Of a DNA stretch of 64,000 nucleotides, positions 18,325-29,653 are shown piece by piece. Position numbers and translations under genes: made by a program. The DNA is from Candidatus Binatia bacterium (lineage in GTDB: Bacteria > Desulfobacterota > Binatia > UBA12015), in NCBI GenBank assembly GCA_035651755.1, contig DASRFA010000057.1:52054-116053 (forward strand), read 5' to 3'. The notes under the pieces were generated by a model. That model saw nothing but the letters and a program-made list of their open reading frames with translations. It did no database searches and was not told the DNA's origin. The stretch's first letter is position 1, and each line of letters opens with the position of its first letter.

Positions 18325-19421
18325 CGACGGCTCCCGTTTCCATCGCGGCGTTCGAGACCTCCGACGTTCACGGGACGGCCGGTTCGGATGGACTCGGTGG
18401 CCGCGACCACGATCTCGAGCGCCCTCCTGCCGTCGTCGAACGTGCTCTCGGTGGGGATCCCCTCGCGAGCACGGTCCGCGAAGTGCCGCCACGTCGCGCG
18501 ATAAGAGGCGAGAAACGAGCCGCGCCGTTCGGCGCTCGCGAGCGCGCCGGGCAGCGCCCGAACGGCTCGCACCAGGTCGCCGGCGCGACGTCCGAGGTCT
18601 CCGGAGAAGCTCGTCCCCACGCTCAGCGCGTACCCGTCGAAGCGATAGGGCGAAACGGAGAGGCGCCCGTGCTGACCGTAGACCTCCATCTCGTGCGCCT
18701 CGGCGGCGCATTGCGAGAACGCCGAGACGGCGAGTGCGCCGCTTCGGAGGCGGCCGGTAATCGTTGCCGTTCGGCCTTCGGCGCCGGCTTCGCTCCGTTG
18801 CCACGCGAAGACCTCGTCGATCTCGCTCGCGACGACGAATCGCCACAGGTCGACATGATGTACGGCGAGATCGCTCAGCACGCCACCTCCGAGATCGCCC
18901 CGACGGCGCCACTCGGGGATGCCCGTATACTGTGTGGATCGACTGCTCCATACGCTGCGAACCAGCTCGACCTGGCCGATGAGCTCCTGCGCGATGGCCC
19001 GTCGCGCGTTCCGTACGTGGCGGTGGTAGCGGAGATTGAACCCGACCATCGTGGTCGCCGAGCTGGTCCGCGCGCGCCCGACGAGACGGTCGGCCTCGTC
19101 GAGGTCTAGGCAGAGTGGTTTTTCGACGAAAACGTGCTTCCGCGCATCGAGCGCGGCCAGGACGATCGGCGCGTGCGCGGCGGGCGGCACGCACACGGCC
19201 ACGGCATCGACCTCGGGATCGCGAAGCAGCATCTCGTGGTCGCGGTAGCGTCGATCGATCGCGAACCGCCGGCCGACCGAGCCGAGCCGTTCCGGATCGA
19301 TGTCGGCGATCGCTACGGCCCGGAGGTCTGAGAGCGACGCGATTGCAGGCAGGTGAAGGCGCTCGCACGCATAGCCGCAGCCGACGATTCCGAGACGTAG
19401 AGGCGGGCGTTTCCTTCGCAT
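18321..19421 (-). CDS. Gfo/Idh/MocA-family NAD(P)-dependent oxidoreductase.
   Basis: LRLGIVGCGYACERLHLPAI...VFVEKPLCLDLDEADRL...VGFNLRYH. The start is taken at MRRKRPP. Confidence 0.8.
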   Translation of the reverse strand: MRRKRPPLRLGIVGCGYACERLHLPAIASLSDLRAVAIADIDPERLGSVGRRFAIDRRYRDHEMLLRDPEVDAVAVCVPPAAHAPIVLAALDARKHVFVEKPLCLDLDEADRLVGRARTSSATTMVGFNLRYHRHVRNARRAIAQELIGQVELVRSVWSSRSTQYTGIPEWRRRGDLGGGVLSDLAVHHVDLWRFVVASEIDEVFAWQRSEAGAEGRTATITGRLRSGALAVSAFSQCAAEAHEMEVYGQHGRLSVSPYRFDGYALSVGTSFSGDLGRRAGDLVRAVRALPGALASAERRGSFLASYRATWRHFADRAREGIPTESTFDDGRRALEIVVAATESIRTGRPVNVGGLERRDGNGSRR

Positions 19422-19593
19422 CGATTCCACTGCGCGCGCCCGGTGGTCAGTGGATGCCCGCGGCCCGGAATGCGCCATCCGCCGCCCTCGAGATCGATCG
19501 CGGCCGGCAGCCGCTCGTCGCCTGGACGCCAGCGGCGGAAGACGGATGAGCCCTTGTGAATCCGGCGCGGATGCGGGAGCAGTTGCGCCGGGC

Positions 19594-20745
19594 ATGGGGC
19601 GGGGCAAGGTCCTCTTCGTCACCAACTGGTACCCGACGAACGAGCAGCCGCTGCGCGCGCCGTGGGTTCGCGAGCACGCACGCGCCGTACGGCTCTATGA
19701 CGATGTCGCCGTGCTGCATTGTGGCGAGGCCGGCTCCGAGCTGGGGCGACCCTATCAGATGGAGCTTCGGGTTGACGAAGCACCGGAAGGACGAATCCCT
19801 ACCTATCGCGTCTCGTATCGGTCGTCGGCCATTCCCGGGGTCTCCTATCTCACTTACGTCTCGGTCCTCTGGCGAGCGTATCGCCGCGTCGTCGAGGACG
19901 GATTTCGGCCGGATGTCATTCATGCTCACGTCTACGACAGCGGCGTCCCGGCGCTCCTGATCGGGAGGTGGCACGGGCTTCCGGTCCTGATCAGCGAGCA
20001 CTTCTCCTCGTTTCCGAGGAAATCGCTCGGCCGGATCGATGTCCTCAAGGCGTGGCTCGCATTCCGGTGGGCAGATCGGGTCCTTCCGGTCAGCCACGCC
20101 CTCCAGCGAGCGATCGAGGACTACGGCATTCGCGCGCGCTTTCATGTGATCCCGAACGTCGTCGACATGGTGCTGTTCTTCCCACCGCGTACTCCGCGGC
20201 AGCCGCGAGATCCCAAGCGGCTCCTCTTCGTGGGACAGCTCGAGCCGGTCAAGGCCGTCCCCTGCCTGCTGCGCGCTCTCTCCCACCTGGCCGAGCGGCG
20301 CCATGACTGGCACTTGGACATCGTCGGCGAGGGGCGCGAGAGGATCGCCTGCGAACGCCTCACGGAGGAGCTGGGCATCCACGATCGAGTGACGTTCCAC
20401 GGTCGCAAGTCGAAAGCCGAGGTAGCGGAGTGGATGCGGCGGGCCGACCTCTTCGTGCTTCCCAGTCTGTGCGAAACCTTTTCGGTTCCGGTCGCCGAAG
20501 CGCTCGCCACGGGAACACCCGTCCTGGCAACGCGGTGTGGTGGACCCGAGGAGCTCGTCGCCGACGACGTCGGCAGGCTGATCGTCCCAGAAGACGTCGC
20601 TGGGCTGTGCGACGCCCTCGACGACATGCTCGACCACCTGCGTCTCTACTCGCCGGCACGGATTTCACGGTACGCGACCGAGCGGTTCTCGCCGCAGCTC
20701 GTCGGTGGCGAGCTGCACGACCTCTACCGAAGCTTGCGCCGATGA
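19594..20745 (+). CDS. Glycosyltransferase family 4 (GT-B, group 1).
   Basis: KVLFVTNWYP...; the C-terminal EX7E-type region LFVLPSLCETFSVPVAEALATGTPVLATRCGGPEELV. The start is taken at MGRGK. Confidence 0.8.
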   Translation: MGRGKVLFVTNWYPTNEQPLRAPWVREHARAVRLYDDVAVLHCGEAGSELGRPYQMELRVDEAPEGRIPTYRVSYRSSAIPGVSYLTYVSVLWRAYRRVVEDGFRPDVIHAHVYDSGVPALLIGRWHGLPVLISEHFSSFPRKSLGRIDVLKAWLAFRWADRVLPVSHALQRAIEDYGIRARFHVIPNVVDMVLFFPPRTPRQPRDPKRLLFVGQLEPVKAVPCLLRALSHLAERRHDWHLDIVGEGRERIACERLTEELGIHDRVTFHGRKSKAEVAEWMRRADLFVLPSLCETFSVPVAEALATGTPVLATRCGGPEELVADDVGRLIVPEDVAGLCDALDDMLDHLRLYSPARISRYATERFSPQLVGGELHDLYRSLRR

Positions 20746-20866
20746 CCGCGCTCGCCTCGACCATCAGATTGACGGTCCCCTGGTCCGCCAGCGACAATCG
20801 CGACCGGCGAACTCCGCTGCTCGTGAGAGGGAAGAGCGCATCGCCGGGAGCTCAGAGGAGACGAGG

Positions 20867-21826
20867 ATGCCCGATCGATCGCCGCAGCTGTCGGTCGTGA
20901 TCGCCACGCCGGACGGCTTCGAGACGATCCGAAAGACGGTCCACCACCTGCGCGTGCAGACCGTCAGCGACCGCCTCGAGCTGGTGATCGTGGCCCCGTC
21001 GGCAGAGCGGCTCGAGCTCGATCCCGGTGAGCTGAGTGCGTTCTGCCAGGCCCGAGTGGTCGACGTCGGCCCGACCCAATCCATCGCGCGCGCGCACGCG
21101 GCGGGGATCCGTCGCGCGACCGCACCGGTCGTGGTCTTGGCCGAAGACCACTCGTTCCCCGAGGCCGGCTGGGCCGAGGCGTTGATCCGGCGGCACGTGG
21201 AACAGTGGGCGGTCGTGGGACCCGTGGTGCGCAACGCGAACCCGGACCGGCTGCTCAGCTGGGCCGACTTCCTGCTGGGGTATGGAGCGTGGATGGACCC
21301 GGCCCCGGCGGGAGAGGTCGATTACCTGCCGGGACACAACAGCAGCTACAAGCGTGCCGTCTTGCTCGCCCTCGATGACGAGCTGGAGGTCGCGCTCGAG
21401 GCGGAGTTCCATCTGCACGAGGCGCTGCGCGCGCGTGGCCATCGGCTCTACCTCGAGCCGGCCGCGCGGACCGCGCACGTGAACTTCGGTCGGTTCTCGC
21501 CCTGGGTTCCCTATCTCGTCCACGCCGGGCGGGTCTTTGCCGCGGCGCGGGCTCGCCAGTGGTCGTGGCGTCGTCGACTCATCTACGTCGGCGGCGCACC
21601 GCTCATCCCGCTGGTGCGCCTCCTGCGCGTTCGCGACGAGATTCGGCGGCCCGGCCGGCCCGCCCATCTCTGGCCCCGCGTCGCTCCAGCGCTCATCGTG
21701 GGCCTCTGTCTCGACACGCTTGGGCAGCTCCTGGGCTACGCCTGCGGCGCGGGACGGGCCGGCGAAAAGCTGTACGATTTCGAGTTCCACCGCGATCGCC
21801 ACGGCGGCCGCCGACGGGCCGGGTGA
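20867..21826 (+). CDS. Glycosyltransferase family 2.
   Basis: LSVVIATPDGFETIRKTVHHL...VVLAEDHSFPEAGW, preceded by a GAGGAG Shine-Dalgarno sequence. Confidence 0.75.
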   Translation: MPDRSPQLSVVIATPDGFETIRKTVHHLRVQTVSDRLELVIVAPSAERLELDPGELSAFCQARVVDVGPTQSIARAHAAGIRRATAPVVVLAEDHSFPEAGWAEALIRRHVEQWAVVGPVVRNANPDRLLSWADFLLGYGAWMDPAPAGEVDYLPGHNSSYKRAVLLALDDELEVALEAEFHLHEALRARGHRLYLEPAARTAHVNFGRFSPWVPYLVHAGRVFAAARARQWSWRRRLIYVGGAPLIPLVRLLRVRDEIRRPGRPAHLWPRVAPALIVGLCLDTLGQLLGYACGAGRAGEKLYDFEFHRDRHGGRRRAG

Positions 21827-23720
21827 GAGGCGGGCTCGGCGTGAGCCAGCGCCGAGCGTGTCGGGCGCTCGAGTTGCGCGGTCGACCGTGCGGCGCGAGA
21901 AACCTCCGCGAGGTCCGGGTCGTCGAGGCGATCCACCGCTTCGATTCACCGCGAACGAACCCGTGCGAAACGACGTTGCGCCGCTTCGAGAACCGACCCG
22001 CCATCGTGAGGGCGGAGCCGCCAGTGCCGCTCGTGGAGGGGCTGCGATCCAGGCGATCGGCGATCGACACGAGCGCCGCGCGCGGCAGCTTCTCGCGCAA
22101 CAGCGCATAGGCTCGGCGCTCCGACTGTTCGTCGAGGCCCGACGTCGCCTCGTCGAGAAAGATCCAATCGGGCTCGTGAAGTAGGGCTCGCAGCAGCGCG
22201 AGGCGCTGCTGCGAGCCGCCGGACAGGTAGTGCTGCCGGTGCCGGGAGTCGTCCAGCCGATCCGCCAGCGCTCCGAGGTCGAGAAAGCGCAGGATCTCGC
22301 GAATGCGATCGTCGGAGAACGTCCCGGCGGGATCCGGGTAGGTGACGGCGTCGCGAAGCGTGCCGATCGGAAGGTGCGGTCGCTGCGGCAGGAATGCGAT
22401 CTTGGCACCCACGGGTAGCTCGATCCGACCCGAAGCGAAGCGCCAGATGCCCGCGATCGTCCGCAACAGCGTCCGCTTGCCGGCTCCGCTGGGGCCGAAG
22501 AGAGCGATGCGATCGCCTCTTCGGATCTCCGCGTTGGCGTCGTCGATCAGCGGCCGGCCGTCGGGCCGACTCAGCTGGACGTGCTCGAGACGAGCGCATC
22601 ATCGGGCGCGACGTGCATGCGGACGCCCGCACCATTCGTCGTGTCGGCACGAACCGCGTCGAGCTCATCTGTAGCGTGACCAGGCGCTCGACGTTGGCTC
22701 GCCAGCGGGCGATCTCCTGATATGCGTTCACGAACCAGATGAGCGCTCCCGACACCTCCCCATAGGCGATGCGCGTCTGGATCACCGCGCCGAGCGTCAT
22801 GTGCCGCTGAAGTAGGCCGGCGCCGCGACCAACAACGGAACGAGCGAATTGGCCTGGCCGATCCCGGTCGTGAGCATTGCCAGGTTCCGCTGTGCACGGA
22901 TCAGCTCCCACCAGTTCGTCACGACGTTGGCGAAGCGCTGCAGCGCGAGGCGCCGTTCGGCGGGTGCGCCGGCGGCGAGCGCAATCGGCTCGACGTTCTC
23001 GCGAAAGCGAACGAGCTTGTAGCGGACGTCGGCCTCGAAGCGCTGCCGGTCGAACTGGACCGGCACCAGGCGCCGCCCGACGCGGTGGGTGATCCAGCTC
23101 GCCGGGAGGGCGTACCCGATCGCCACCCACATCATGATTCCGGGGATCCGCAGGTGCGTGCCCTCCGCGAGGGACGGCGTCCAGCTCCCGGAAAGCGTCC
23201 ACAGGATCGTGGCGAACGAGAGAAGCGTGACGAACGCGGAGAGCAGGGAAAGGGGGAGACCGAGCGCGCTCGCCACGAACTCCCGGAGGTCCTCGGCGAT
23301 CCGCTGGTCGGGGTTGTCGATCATCCTGCGGTGCAGCTCCATCTCGCAGGACGTCTGCGGGTCCATCCATAGGCCGAGGAAGTGGTCCGTCAGCCAGCGG
23401 CGCCAGCGGATCTCGAGCCGCCCGCGCACGTAGATGCGATACGTCGAGACCACGACGTACCCGAGCGCGACGACGAGGAACAAGCCGACGGCAGCCGAGA
23501 AGGCGACCATGTCCTTCCCGCCGAACGCGTCGAAGATCTGGCGCTGTGCGTCGGAAAGGAGCACCACGCCGTAGACGGATGCGACCTCGAGGGCGACGGT
23601 GACCGCGAGCAGACCACCTCCCTTCGGTGCGTCGTCGGATGCCCAGTAGAGCCGGGTGAGACGTACGAGGTGGCGCAAGAACTCGAGTCCGAACAGTGAG
23701 TGCTTGTGGACGAGTGGCAC
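21693..23720 (-). pseudogene. ABC exporter (fused SbmA/BacA-like permease plus ATPase) disrupted by multiple frameshifts in the 22.6-22.8 kb linker region.
   Basis: The TMD frame (23720 to 22797) reads ...PAYFSGT*. The continuation TLGAVIQTRIAYGEVSGALIWFVNAYQEIARW is in the +1 frame. Then ELDAVRADTTNGAGVRMHVAPDDA is in another frame, and LVLEHVQLSRPDGRPLIDD...GPSGAGKRTLL (Walker A) to LSGGSQQRLALLRALLHEPDWIFLDEATSGLD returns to the first frame. Confidence 0.6.
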
Positions 23721-24057
23721 GAGAGACCTCCGTCTCGGAGTGCCTTCGTTGTTCGTACGGCGCCTTCCGCCGGATCAACCGCAATGCCGCACGCACCGGC
23801 TTCCCTCCGCGGCTTCGACGTCGGGATTTACGGTCTTGTGCAAGGCACCGGCCGCTCGCCGCTCGCGGTGCGGGCGATCAAGCCGGATGTCCGTCTGCTC
23901 ATGCGCCTCGGGATGGAGCCCGGCCCAACGGCTGGGATATGACGGGGTCCGTGGTTGCGAGCTCATTCCTCGGACGGCGGAGACGGGGCTCGTCCTGTGC
24001 GGTCTGCTGCGCTCGAACGATCGAGCGCTCGACGTTTCGGCGGAGAAGAGGTCGCCG

Positions 24058-25980
24058 ATGAGCCGCTATCTCGTCACCGGAGGGACCGGTTTCATCGGCA
24101 GCCACGTGCTCCGGGCGCTCACGCGCCGGGGCGGAATCCTGCACGTCGTCGTCCGTGCCCGCTCGCGCGAGCGCCTCGTGCGGCTGGCGAGAGACTGCGG
24201 CGCCGAGGAGCGCATCCATCCTCTGGTCGGCGACGTGACGCTGCCCGATCTCGGGCTGTCGCGCGAGGACGTGTCGGCGCTGCGCGGCCACGTCGATCAC
24301 GTCGTGCACGCCGCCGCCGCCTGCGACTGGAGCGCGGACGAGGAGGCCGCGGAGGCCGTCGACGTCGAAGGCACGCGCCACGCGATCGAGCTCGCGCGCT
24401 CGCTCGACGTCCGAAGCTGCTTCCACCACGTGAGCTCGATCCTGGTCGCGGGCCGCTACGCCGGGCGGTTCGAAGAGCGAATGCTCGACGAAGGGCAGAC
24501 GTTCCTCCATCCGCCCGGCGAGTGCAGGCTGCGCGCCGAGCTCCTGGTGCGCGAGCTGCGCGAGCTGCCCTTTCGGGTGTACCGCGCCGGCATCCTGGTC
24601 GGCGACTCGCAGACCGGCGCCGCCGACGCTGCCGGTGGGCCCTACCATTTCTTTCGCTTGCTGCGCGGGCTACGCGATCTGCTTCCGCACTGGGTGCCGC
24701 TCGTCGGGCCCGAGGGCGGCCTCCTGCAGATCGTTCCGGTCGACTACGTCGCCGCCGCGATCGACTACCTGGCGCATGCTCCGGGGCTCGACGGCAAGAC
24801 CTTCCACCTCCTGGACCCCGCGGCGCACAGCGCGGGCGAGGCGTTCAACATCCTGTCCGAGGCCGCGCGCGCGCCCGGCTTCGCGCTTCGTCTGGGGTTT
24901 CCCGACCTGGGTTCGATCGTGCCCGCCTTCCTGGGCGACCGGCTGGCCGACGGGGCGGAGCTGCTGACCGAGGGAATGCTCGGCGAGCTGGGCATACCCC
25001 CGTCGGTCTCTTCCCTGATCGACTCGCCCACCACCTTCGATGCCGGCGAGGCCGACGCGGCTCTCGCCGGATCGGGGATCTGCTGCCCTCCGCTCGAGAG
25101 CTACGCGGAGCGGATCTGGAGCTACTGGGAGAAGGATCTCGATCCGGAGCGAGCGGTGTCCCGCCCGCCAAAGGGAAGGCTCGACGGCAAGGTCATCGTC
25201 GTCACCGGCGCCTCGAGCGGAATCGGCCGCGAGGTGGCGCGGCAGGTCGCTGCGCTCGGCGCTCGCGCCCTCCTGCTGGCCCGGCGAGACGACGTGCTCG
25301 CCGAGGTCGCGGACGAGATCCGCGCCTCCGGCGGCGATGCGTGGCACTACCCCGTCGACCTCACCGACTTCGACGCGTGCGACCGAGCGGTCGAGCGCAT
25401 CTTCGCCGATCACGAGGCCGTCGACGTCCTGATCAACAATGCCGGGCACTCGATTCGCCGCTCGGTCGAGCTCTCGCTGCACCGCTTCCACGACTTCCAG
25501 CGCACGATGCAGCTCAACTACTTCGCCGCCGTGCGTCTCATCCTGGCGTTCCTCCCGGGCATGCGGGCGCGGCGGCACGGCCACGTCGTGAACGTGTCGA
25601 CGGCCGGCGTGCAGTTCGGCGCGCCGCGCTTTGCGGCCTACGTTGCCAGCAAGGCGGCCCTCGACGCCTTCTCGCGCTCGCTCGCGACCGAGGTGATGGC
25701 CGACGGGATCCACGTCACGACGGTCTACATGGGCCTCGTCCGGACGCCGATGATCGAGCCGACGCGCGTCTACCGCAACCTGCCCGCGATGAGCCCGGAG
25801 CACGCCGCGGCGCAGGTCGTCGACGCGCTCTTCTCCCAGCCGGCGACGGTGTCGAGCGCGTTCGGCACGCTCGCGGTCATCCTGCACGTGCTTGCTCCGG
25901 AGGTCTCGGATCGCGTGCTGAGCATGCTCTACCGCATCTCACCGGAAGGGCGGGGGTCGCCCGCGCGCGCGAAGAGCTGA
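24058..25980 (+). CDS. Bifunctional NAD(P)-dependent reductase: an N-terminal thioester-reductase-like extended SDR domain fused to a C-terminal classical SDR. The architecture is fatty acyl-CoA reductase-like.
   Basis: N-terminal YLVTGGTGFIGSHV and the YxxxK region, plus a second Rossmann domain KVIVVTGASSGIGREVAR...NNAG...YVASKAA. The same two-domain layout occurs in actinobacterial and marine fatty acyl-CoA reductases. Confidence 0.75.
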   Translation: MSRYLVTGGTGFIGSHVLRALTRRGGILHVVVRARSRERLVRLARDCGAEERIHPLVGDVTLPDLGLSREDVSALRGHVDHVVHAAAACDWSADEEAAEAVDVEGTRHAIELARSLDVRSCFHHVSSILVAGRYAGRFEERMLDEGQTFLHPPGECRLRAELLVRELRELPFRVYRAGILVGDSQTGAADAAGGPYHFFRLLRGLRDLLPHWVPLVGPEGGLLQIVPVDYVAAAIDYLAHAPGLDGKTFHLLDPAAHSAGEAFNILSEAARAPGFALRLGFPDLGSIVPAFLGDRLADGAELLTEGMLGELGIPPSVSSLIDSPTTFDAGEADAALAGSGICCPPLESYAERIWSYWEKDLDPERAVSRPPKGRLDGKVIVVTGASSGIGREVARQVAALGARALLLARRDDVLAEVADEIRASGGDAWHYPVDLTDFDACDRAVERIFADHEAVDVLINNAGHSIRRSVELSLHRFHDFQRTMQLNYFAAVRLILAFLPGMRARRHGHVVNVSTAGVQFGAPRFAAYVASKAALDAFSRSLATEVMADGIHVTTVYMGLVRTPMIEPTRVYRNLPAMSPEHAAAQVVDALFSQPATVSSAFGTLAVILHVLAPEVSDRVLSMLYRISPEGRGSPARAKS

Positions 25981-26013
25981 GCGTGCCCCACGCGACCTCC
26001 CGGGGCCGCCGTG

Positions 26014-28584
26014 TCAGCGACAAACGCCGCGCGCGACCAGGCTCTCGACCTCGCTCTCCGTCAAGCCAAGGACGCGAGTCAGCACGTCGGCGGTGTGCTC
26101 GCCGAGCCGCGGGGCGCGTGCGACCGGCGACATGGGCGTGCGGCTCATGCGCAGCGGGTTCGCGGTGTAGCGCGCACCACCCACGTCGGGGTGGACGACG
26201 GTGACGAGAGCGTGGCGTGCCGCGAGGTGGGGATCGCTGCGGTGCTCCTCGGGACCTTGCACCGGCATGGCGGAGACTCCGGCCGCCTGCAGGATGCCGG
26301 CGACCTCCTCCGGCGTGCGCTCGCGTGTCCACTCCGCGACCCGCGCATCGAGCCAACGGCGCGCGGCGCGCCGCGCCTCGAGCGTCGCGAGCGCCGGCTC
26401 TCGGCTCCAGCCGACGGCGCGCTCGAAGCGCTCCCACGCCGCCTCGCCCACGACGGCGATCGCGCACCACCGATCGTCGCCGGTGCAGGGGTAGACGCCG
26501 TGTGGGCAGGCGTAGTCGGCGTCGTTGCCCGGTTGGCGCGTCGGGCGGCCGGTGAGCGCGTGCTCGAGGTAGAACTCGGCCATGAGGTAGGCGGTCGCTT
26601 CGGTCTGCGCCATCTCGACGAGCTGCCCCTCGCCAGTCCTGCGGCGGTGCTCGAGCGCGGCCAGGACGGCGACCACGCCGAGCTTGCTCGCGATGTGGTC
26701 GGGGTGGTTGAGCGACGAGCCGGCGGGATAGGGCGCTTCCGCGTCGCTCCATAGCCAGGTCGCCCCGGCGAACGCGTTGTTCACCGGGCCGAAGGAGGGT
26801 GCCTCGCCGAGCGGGCCGTCGCAGCCGTAGCCCTGCGACGAGACGTAGATCACGTCCGGACGCAGGGCCTTCACCTCGGGGTAGTCGAGACCCCAAGCGC
26901 GGACGGTTCCACCGCGGTGGTTCTCGACCACGATGTCGGCGTTCGCGCACAGTCCGAGCGCGAGCTCGCGCCCGAGCGGCGTGTGCAGATCGAGGCAGAC
27001 GCTCTTCTGCCCGCGACCATCGTCGTTGAACGGAAACGAGGTGTTCGGATTGGCGAGATCCGGGGTCAAGCTGCGCAGCAGATCGACGTGCTGACCGGAC
27101 TCGATCTTGATCACCTCGGCGCCGAGTTCTCCGAGGAGCCAGCACATCTCGGGACCGACGGCGGCGATGCCGAGGTTGATGACGCGCAAGCCGGCGAGCG
27201 CCGGGCGCAACGCGGCTCGATCGGCGCTCGCCGCTCCGGCCGCCGTGACGACGTGCTCGCGGCGCGACTCGAGCCACGTGCCGTCGTCCTCGCCGGGTGC
27301 GGGGGCGGGGCGGCGGATCCCGGCCGGCGTGACGGAGAGCCGCCAGGGAGCCGCGGCAAACGGAGCGTCGCCGAGGTGCGGGAAGCCGGTCTTGCGGAAG
27401 TAGCCGCGCGCCCGCGTCTGCTCGGCCGCGACGAACTCCTCCGGCGTGTTGACCGGAGCCATCGGCACGCCGAGGCGAAGTGCGGCGGCCAGTACCTCGT
27501 CGCGCGGGCGCGCGCGCAGCGCGTGTGCGAGCAGCGATCGCGCCGTGCCGACCAGCGACTGCGTGAGCGACAGCGTCAATCCGGGGAGCGGCAGGAGCCG
27601 CGAGACGCCGATCGCAACGCCGCTCGCCAGGGCGAGCACGCGCCACGGCAAGGAGTCGAGCCACATCGCGGCGTGCGCCGCGAAGGGCACGTCGTCGCTC
27701 GACTCCGCGGGGCGCGCGCGATCGAGCGGTTCGCTGTTCCGTCCGGACGGCGCGCCGGGGTCGCCCCAGAGAAGCCGGCCCAAGGCCGCCGCCTGCCGCG
27801 GCGTGCCGACGACCGCCCGGACGAAGCCGTCGCGCGTCGGCAGCACGAAATAGACGCCGTCCGCGTCGCGCGGCACCGACGCGGGAAACATCGGGAACAG
27901 CCGGGCATAGTCGGCGAGCGGGATCGACCAGGGGTCGAGGCCGTTGAGCGCCGCTTCCTGCACGGAAACTTCGACGGTCTGGCCCGCGCCGTGAACGGCA
28001 AGATCGATCAGCGCGGCGAGGACCCCGACGACGCCGTAGATCGACGCGCAGTCGTGCGCGAGATAGCCCGGCAGCCACGACGGCGGGCGATCGGGAAAGC
28101 CCGAAGCGTGCAGCGCGCCGCTCGCGGCGAACGCGGTCAGCGGCTCGAGCCGCCAGCCGGCGCGCGGGCCGGAGAGCCCGAGATCCGCGATCGTCAAGTG
28201 GATCAGGTGAGGATGCCGGGCTCGCACCTCGAGCGGCGTGAGCTGCAATCGAGCCTGCTCGCGCGCGCCGAGGTTCTCGATCAGCACATCGGCGGCGCTG
28301 CACAGGTCCCCAAAGCGTCGGCGCCCGGCTTCGTCTTCCAGGTCGATCACCGCGCCGCGCTTGCCGGCGTTGCGCGACAGGAACGACAGCGAGCGGTCGG
28401 GCGCAGGAACGCCGCCGGCGAACGGTGGGCGGAGACGCCCGGGGTCGCCGTCGGGCGGCTCGACCTTGATCACGTCCGCCCCGAGTTCGGCGAGCATGCG
28501 GCCCGCGAGCGCGCCGCGCAGGTCGGTCAAGTCCACGACGCGAAGGCTCTCGAGAGCGGCTCGGGGCGCGGCAGGCACGGCCAT
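26014..28584 (-). CDS. Tandem-duplicated family III CoA-transferase (two CaiB/BaiF domains in one 856-aa protein).
   Basis: Domain 1 LRVVDLTDLRGALAGRMLAELGADVIKVEPPDGD; domain 2 LRVINLGIAAVGPEMCWLLGELGAEVIKIESGQ. Confidence 0.8.
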   Translation of the reverse strand: MAVPAAPRAALESLRVVDLTDLRGALAGRMLAELGADVIKVEPPDGDPGRLRPPFAGGVPAPDRSLSFLSRNAGKRGAVIDLEDEAGRRRFGDLCSAADVLIENLGAREQARLQLTPLEVRARHPHLIHLTIADLGLSGPRAGWRLEPLTAFAASGALHASGFPDRPPSWLPGYLAHDCASIYGVVGVLAALIDLAVHGAGQTVEVSVQEAALNGLDPWSIPLADYARLFPMFPASVPRDADGVYFVLPTRDGFVRAVVGTPRQAAALGRLLWGDPGAPSGRNSEPLDRARPAESSDDVPFAAHAAMWLDSLPWRVLALASGVAIGVSRLLPLPGLTLSLTQSLVGTARSLLAHALRARPRDEVLAAALRLGVPMAPVNTPEEFVAAEQTRARGYFRKTGFPHLGDAPFAAAPWRLSVTPAGIRRPAPAPGEDDGTWLESRREHVVTAAGAASADRAALRPALAGLRVINLGIAAVGPEMCWLLGELGAEVIKIESGQHVDLLRSLTPDLANPNTSFPFNDDGRGQKSVCLDLHTPLGRELALGLCANADIVVENHRGGTVRAWGLDYPEVKALRPDVIYVSSQGYGCDGPLGEAPSFGPVNNAFAGATWLWSDAEAPYPAGSSLNHPDHIASKLGVVAVLAALEHRRRTGEGQLVEMAQTEATAYLMAEFYLEHALTGRPTRQPGNDADYACPHGVYPCTGDDRWCAIAVVGEAAWERFERAVGWSREPALATLEARRAARRWLDARVAEWTRERTPEEVAGILQAAGVSAMPVQGPEEHRSDPHLAARHALVTVVHPDVGGARYTANPLRMSRTPMSPVARAPRLGEHTADVLTRVLGLTESEVESLVARGVCR

Positions 28585-28673
28585 CTCCCCTTACGCCGTG
28601 TGGCGGATTCGCCGGCTCAGGGCGCCGCGCACCGGCAGCACCAGCTCGGTCGGGAGCAGCCCGGCAACTGAGC

Positions 28674-29653
28674 TCATGGCTCGATTGCCGACGTATCGCC
28701 CAGGCCGTTGTCCGGGACGTCGGCTCCGGCGCGGCGGCGAGAGCTCGGTCCTGCGGGCGGCCAGAGGGAAAGGATCGCGGCGATCACCTCGTCGGCCGCC
28801 GCCAGGTTGCCGATGTGACCCTCGCCCGGGCGCACGTGCAGCTCCGCATCGGGGACGAGAACCGACATGCGGCGTGCATGCTCGAGCGGGACGATGTTGT
28901 CGGCGTCGCCGTGCCAGAAGCGGATCGGCACCGAGATGTCGCGCAGCGCGAAGCCCCACGGGCGGGTGAACTGCACGATGTCGTAGACCGGCCCGAGGAG
29001 CTGGCCGCGGCTGACGCGCTCGAGGTCGTCGATGAACATCGATTTCATCTCGGGGCGGCGGAAGACCACCTGGTCGCCCTCCGGCATGAGCCTGATGAAG
29101 CCGTCGAAGATGAGCGAGGAGACCGGCGTGAGCGAGCGGACGATTCCCCAGAGCGCGCCGCCCAGTGGCTCGCTTGCGAGCTCGAGGAGCGGCGCGAATC
29201 GCACCGCGAGCGCCACGAGCCCGCCCTCGTTCGCCTCGTCGCCGCGCGATGGAGCGACGCCGCCCAGAACTGCGCCGGCGACGACGCGCGGCGCGAGCCG
29301 TTGTGCGCAGGCGAGCACGTAGGGTCCTCCACCGGAGAGCCCGATCAGGCCGAAGCGATCGACCGCGAGCCGATCGGCGACCTCCTCGACGTCGCAAGCC
29401 CACTCGACGATCGAAGGGTACAGGTGTGCGGTCGAGCCGCCGACTCCGGGGCGCTCGAGGGCGATCAAGCGGACGCCCCGCTGCGCCGCATAGGCGCGTG
29501 CCGCCGGCGGAATCTGGCGCCGGCCGCCCGGCGTGCCATGGAACCAGAGGATCGCTCTTCCGGCGCCTGCCCCGTACTCGGCGAAGCCGATCGATCGGCC
29601 GCAGCGGAGACGGATTCGCCCTTCGATGGGCGGTTGCAGCGCGGTGCGCGTCT
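28674..29653 (-). CDS. Alpha/beta-hydrolase-fold protein. The ORF is open to 29993, but a TTG start at 29653 is proposed.
   Basis: ILWFHGTPGG..., the nucleophile elbow GLIGLSGGGPY, and a C-terminal HGDAD/His region. A strong hairpin (29786-29811) lies inside the long N-terminal extension. Confidence 0.55.

Noticed and set aside
26011-26754. A plus-strand 247-aa ORF and other long ORFs inside 26.0-28.6 kb.
   Set aside because: Antisense to the double CoA-transferase gene, which has clear homology.
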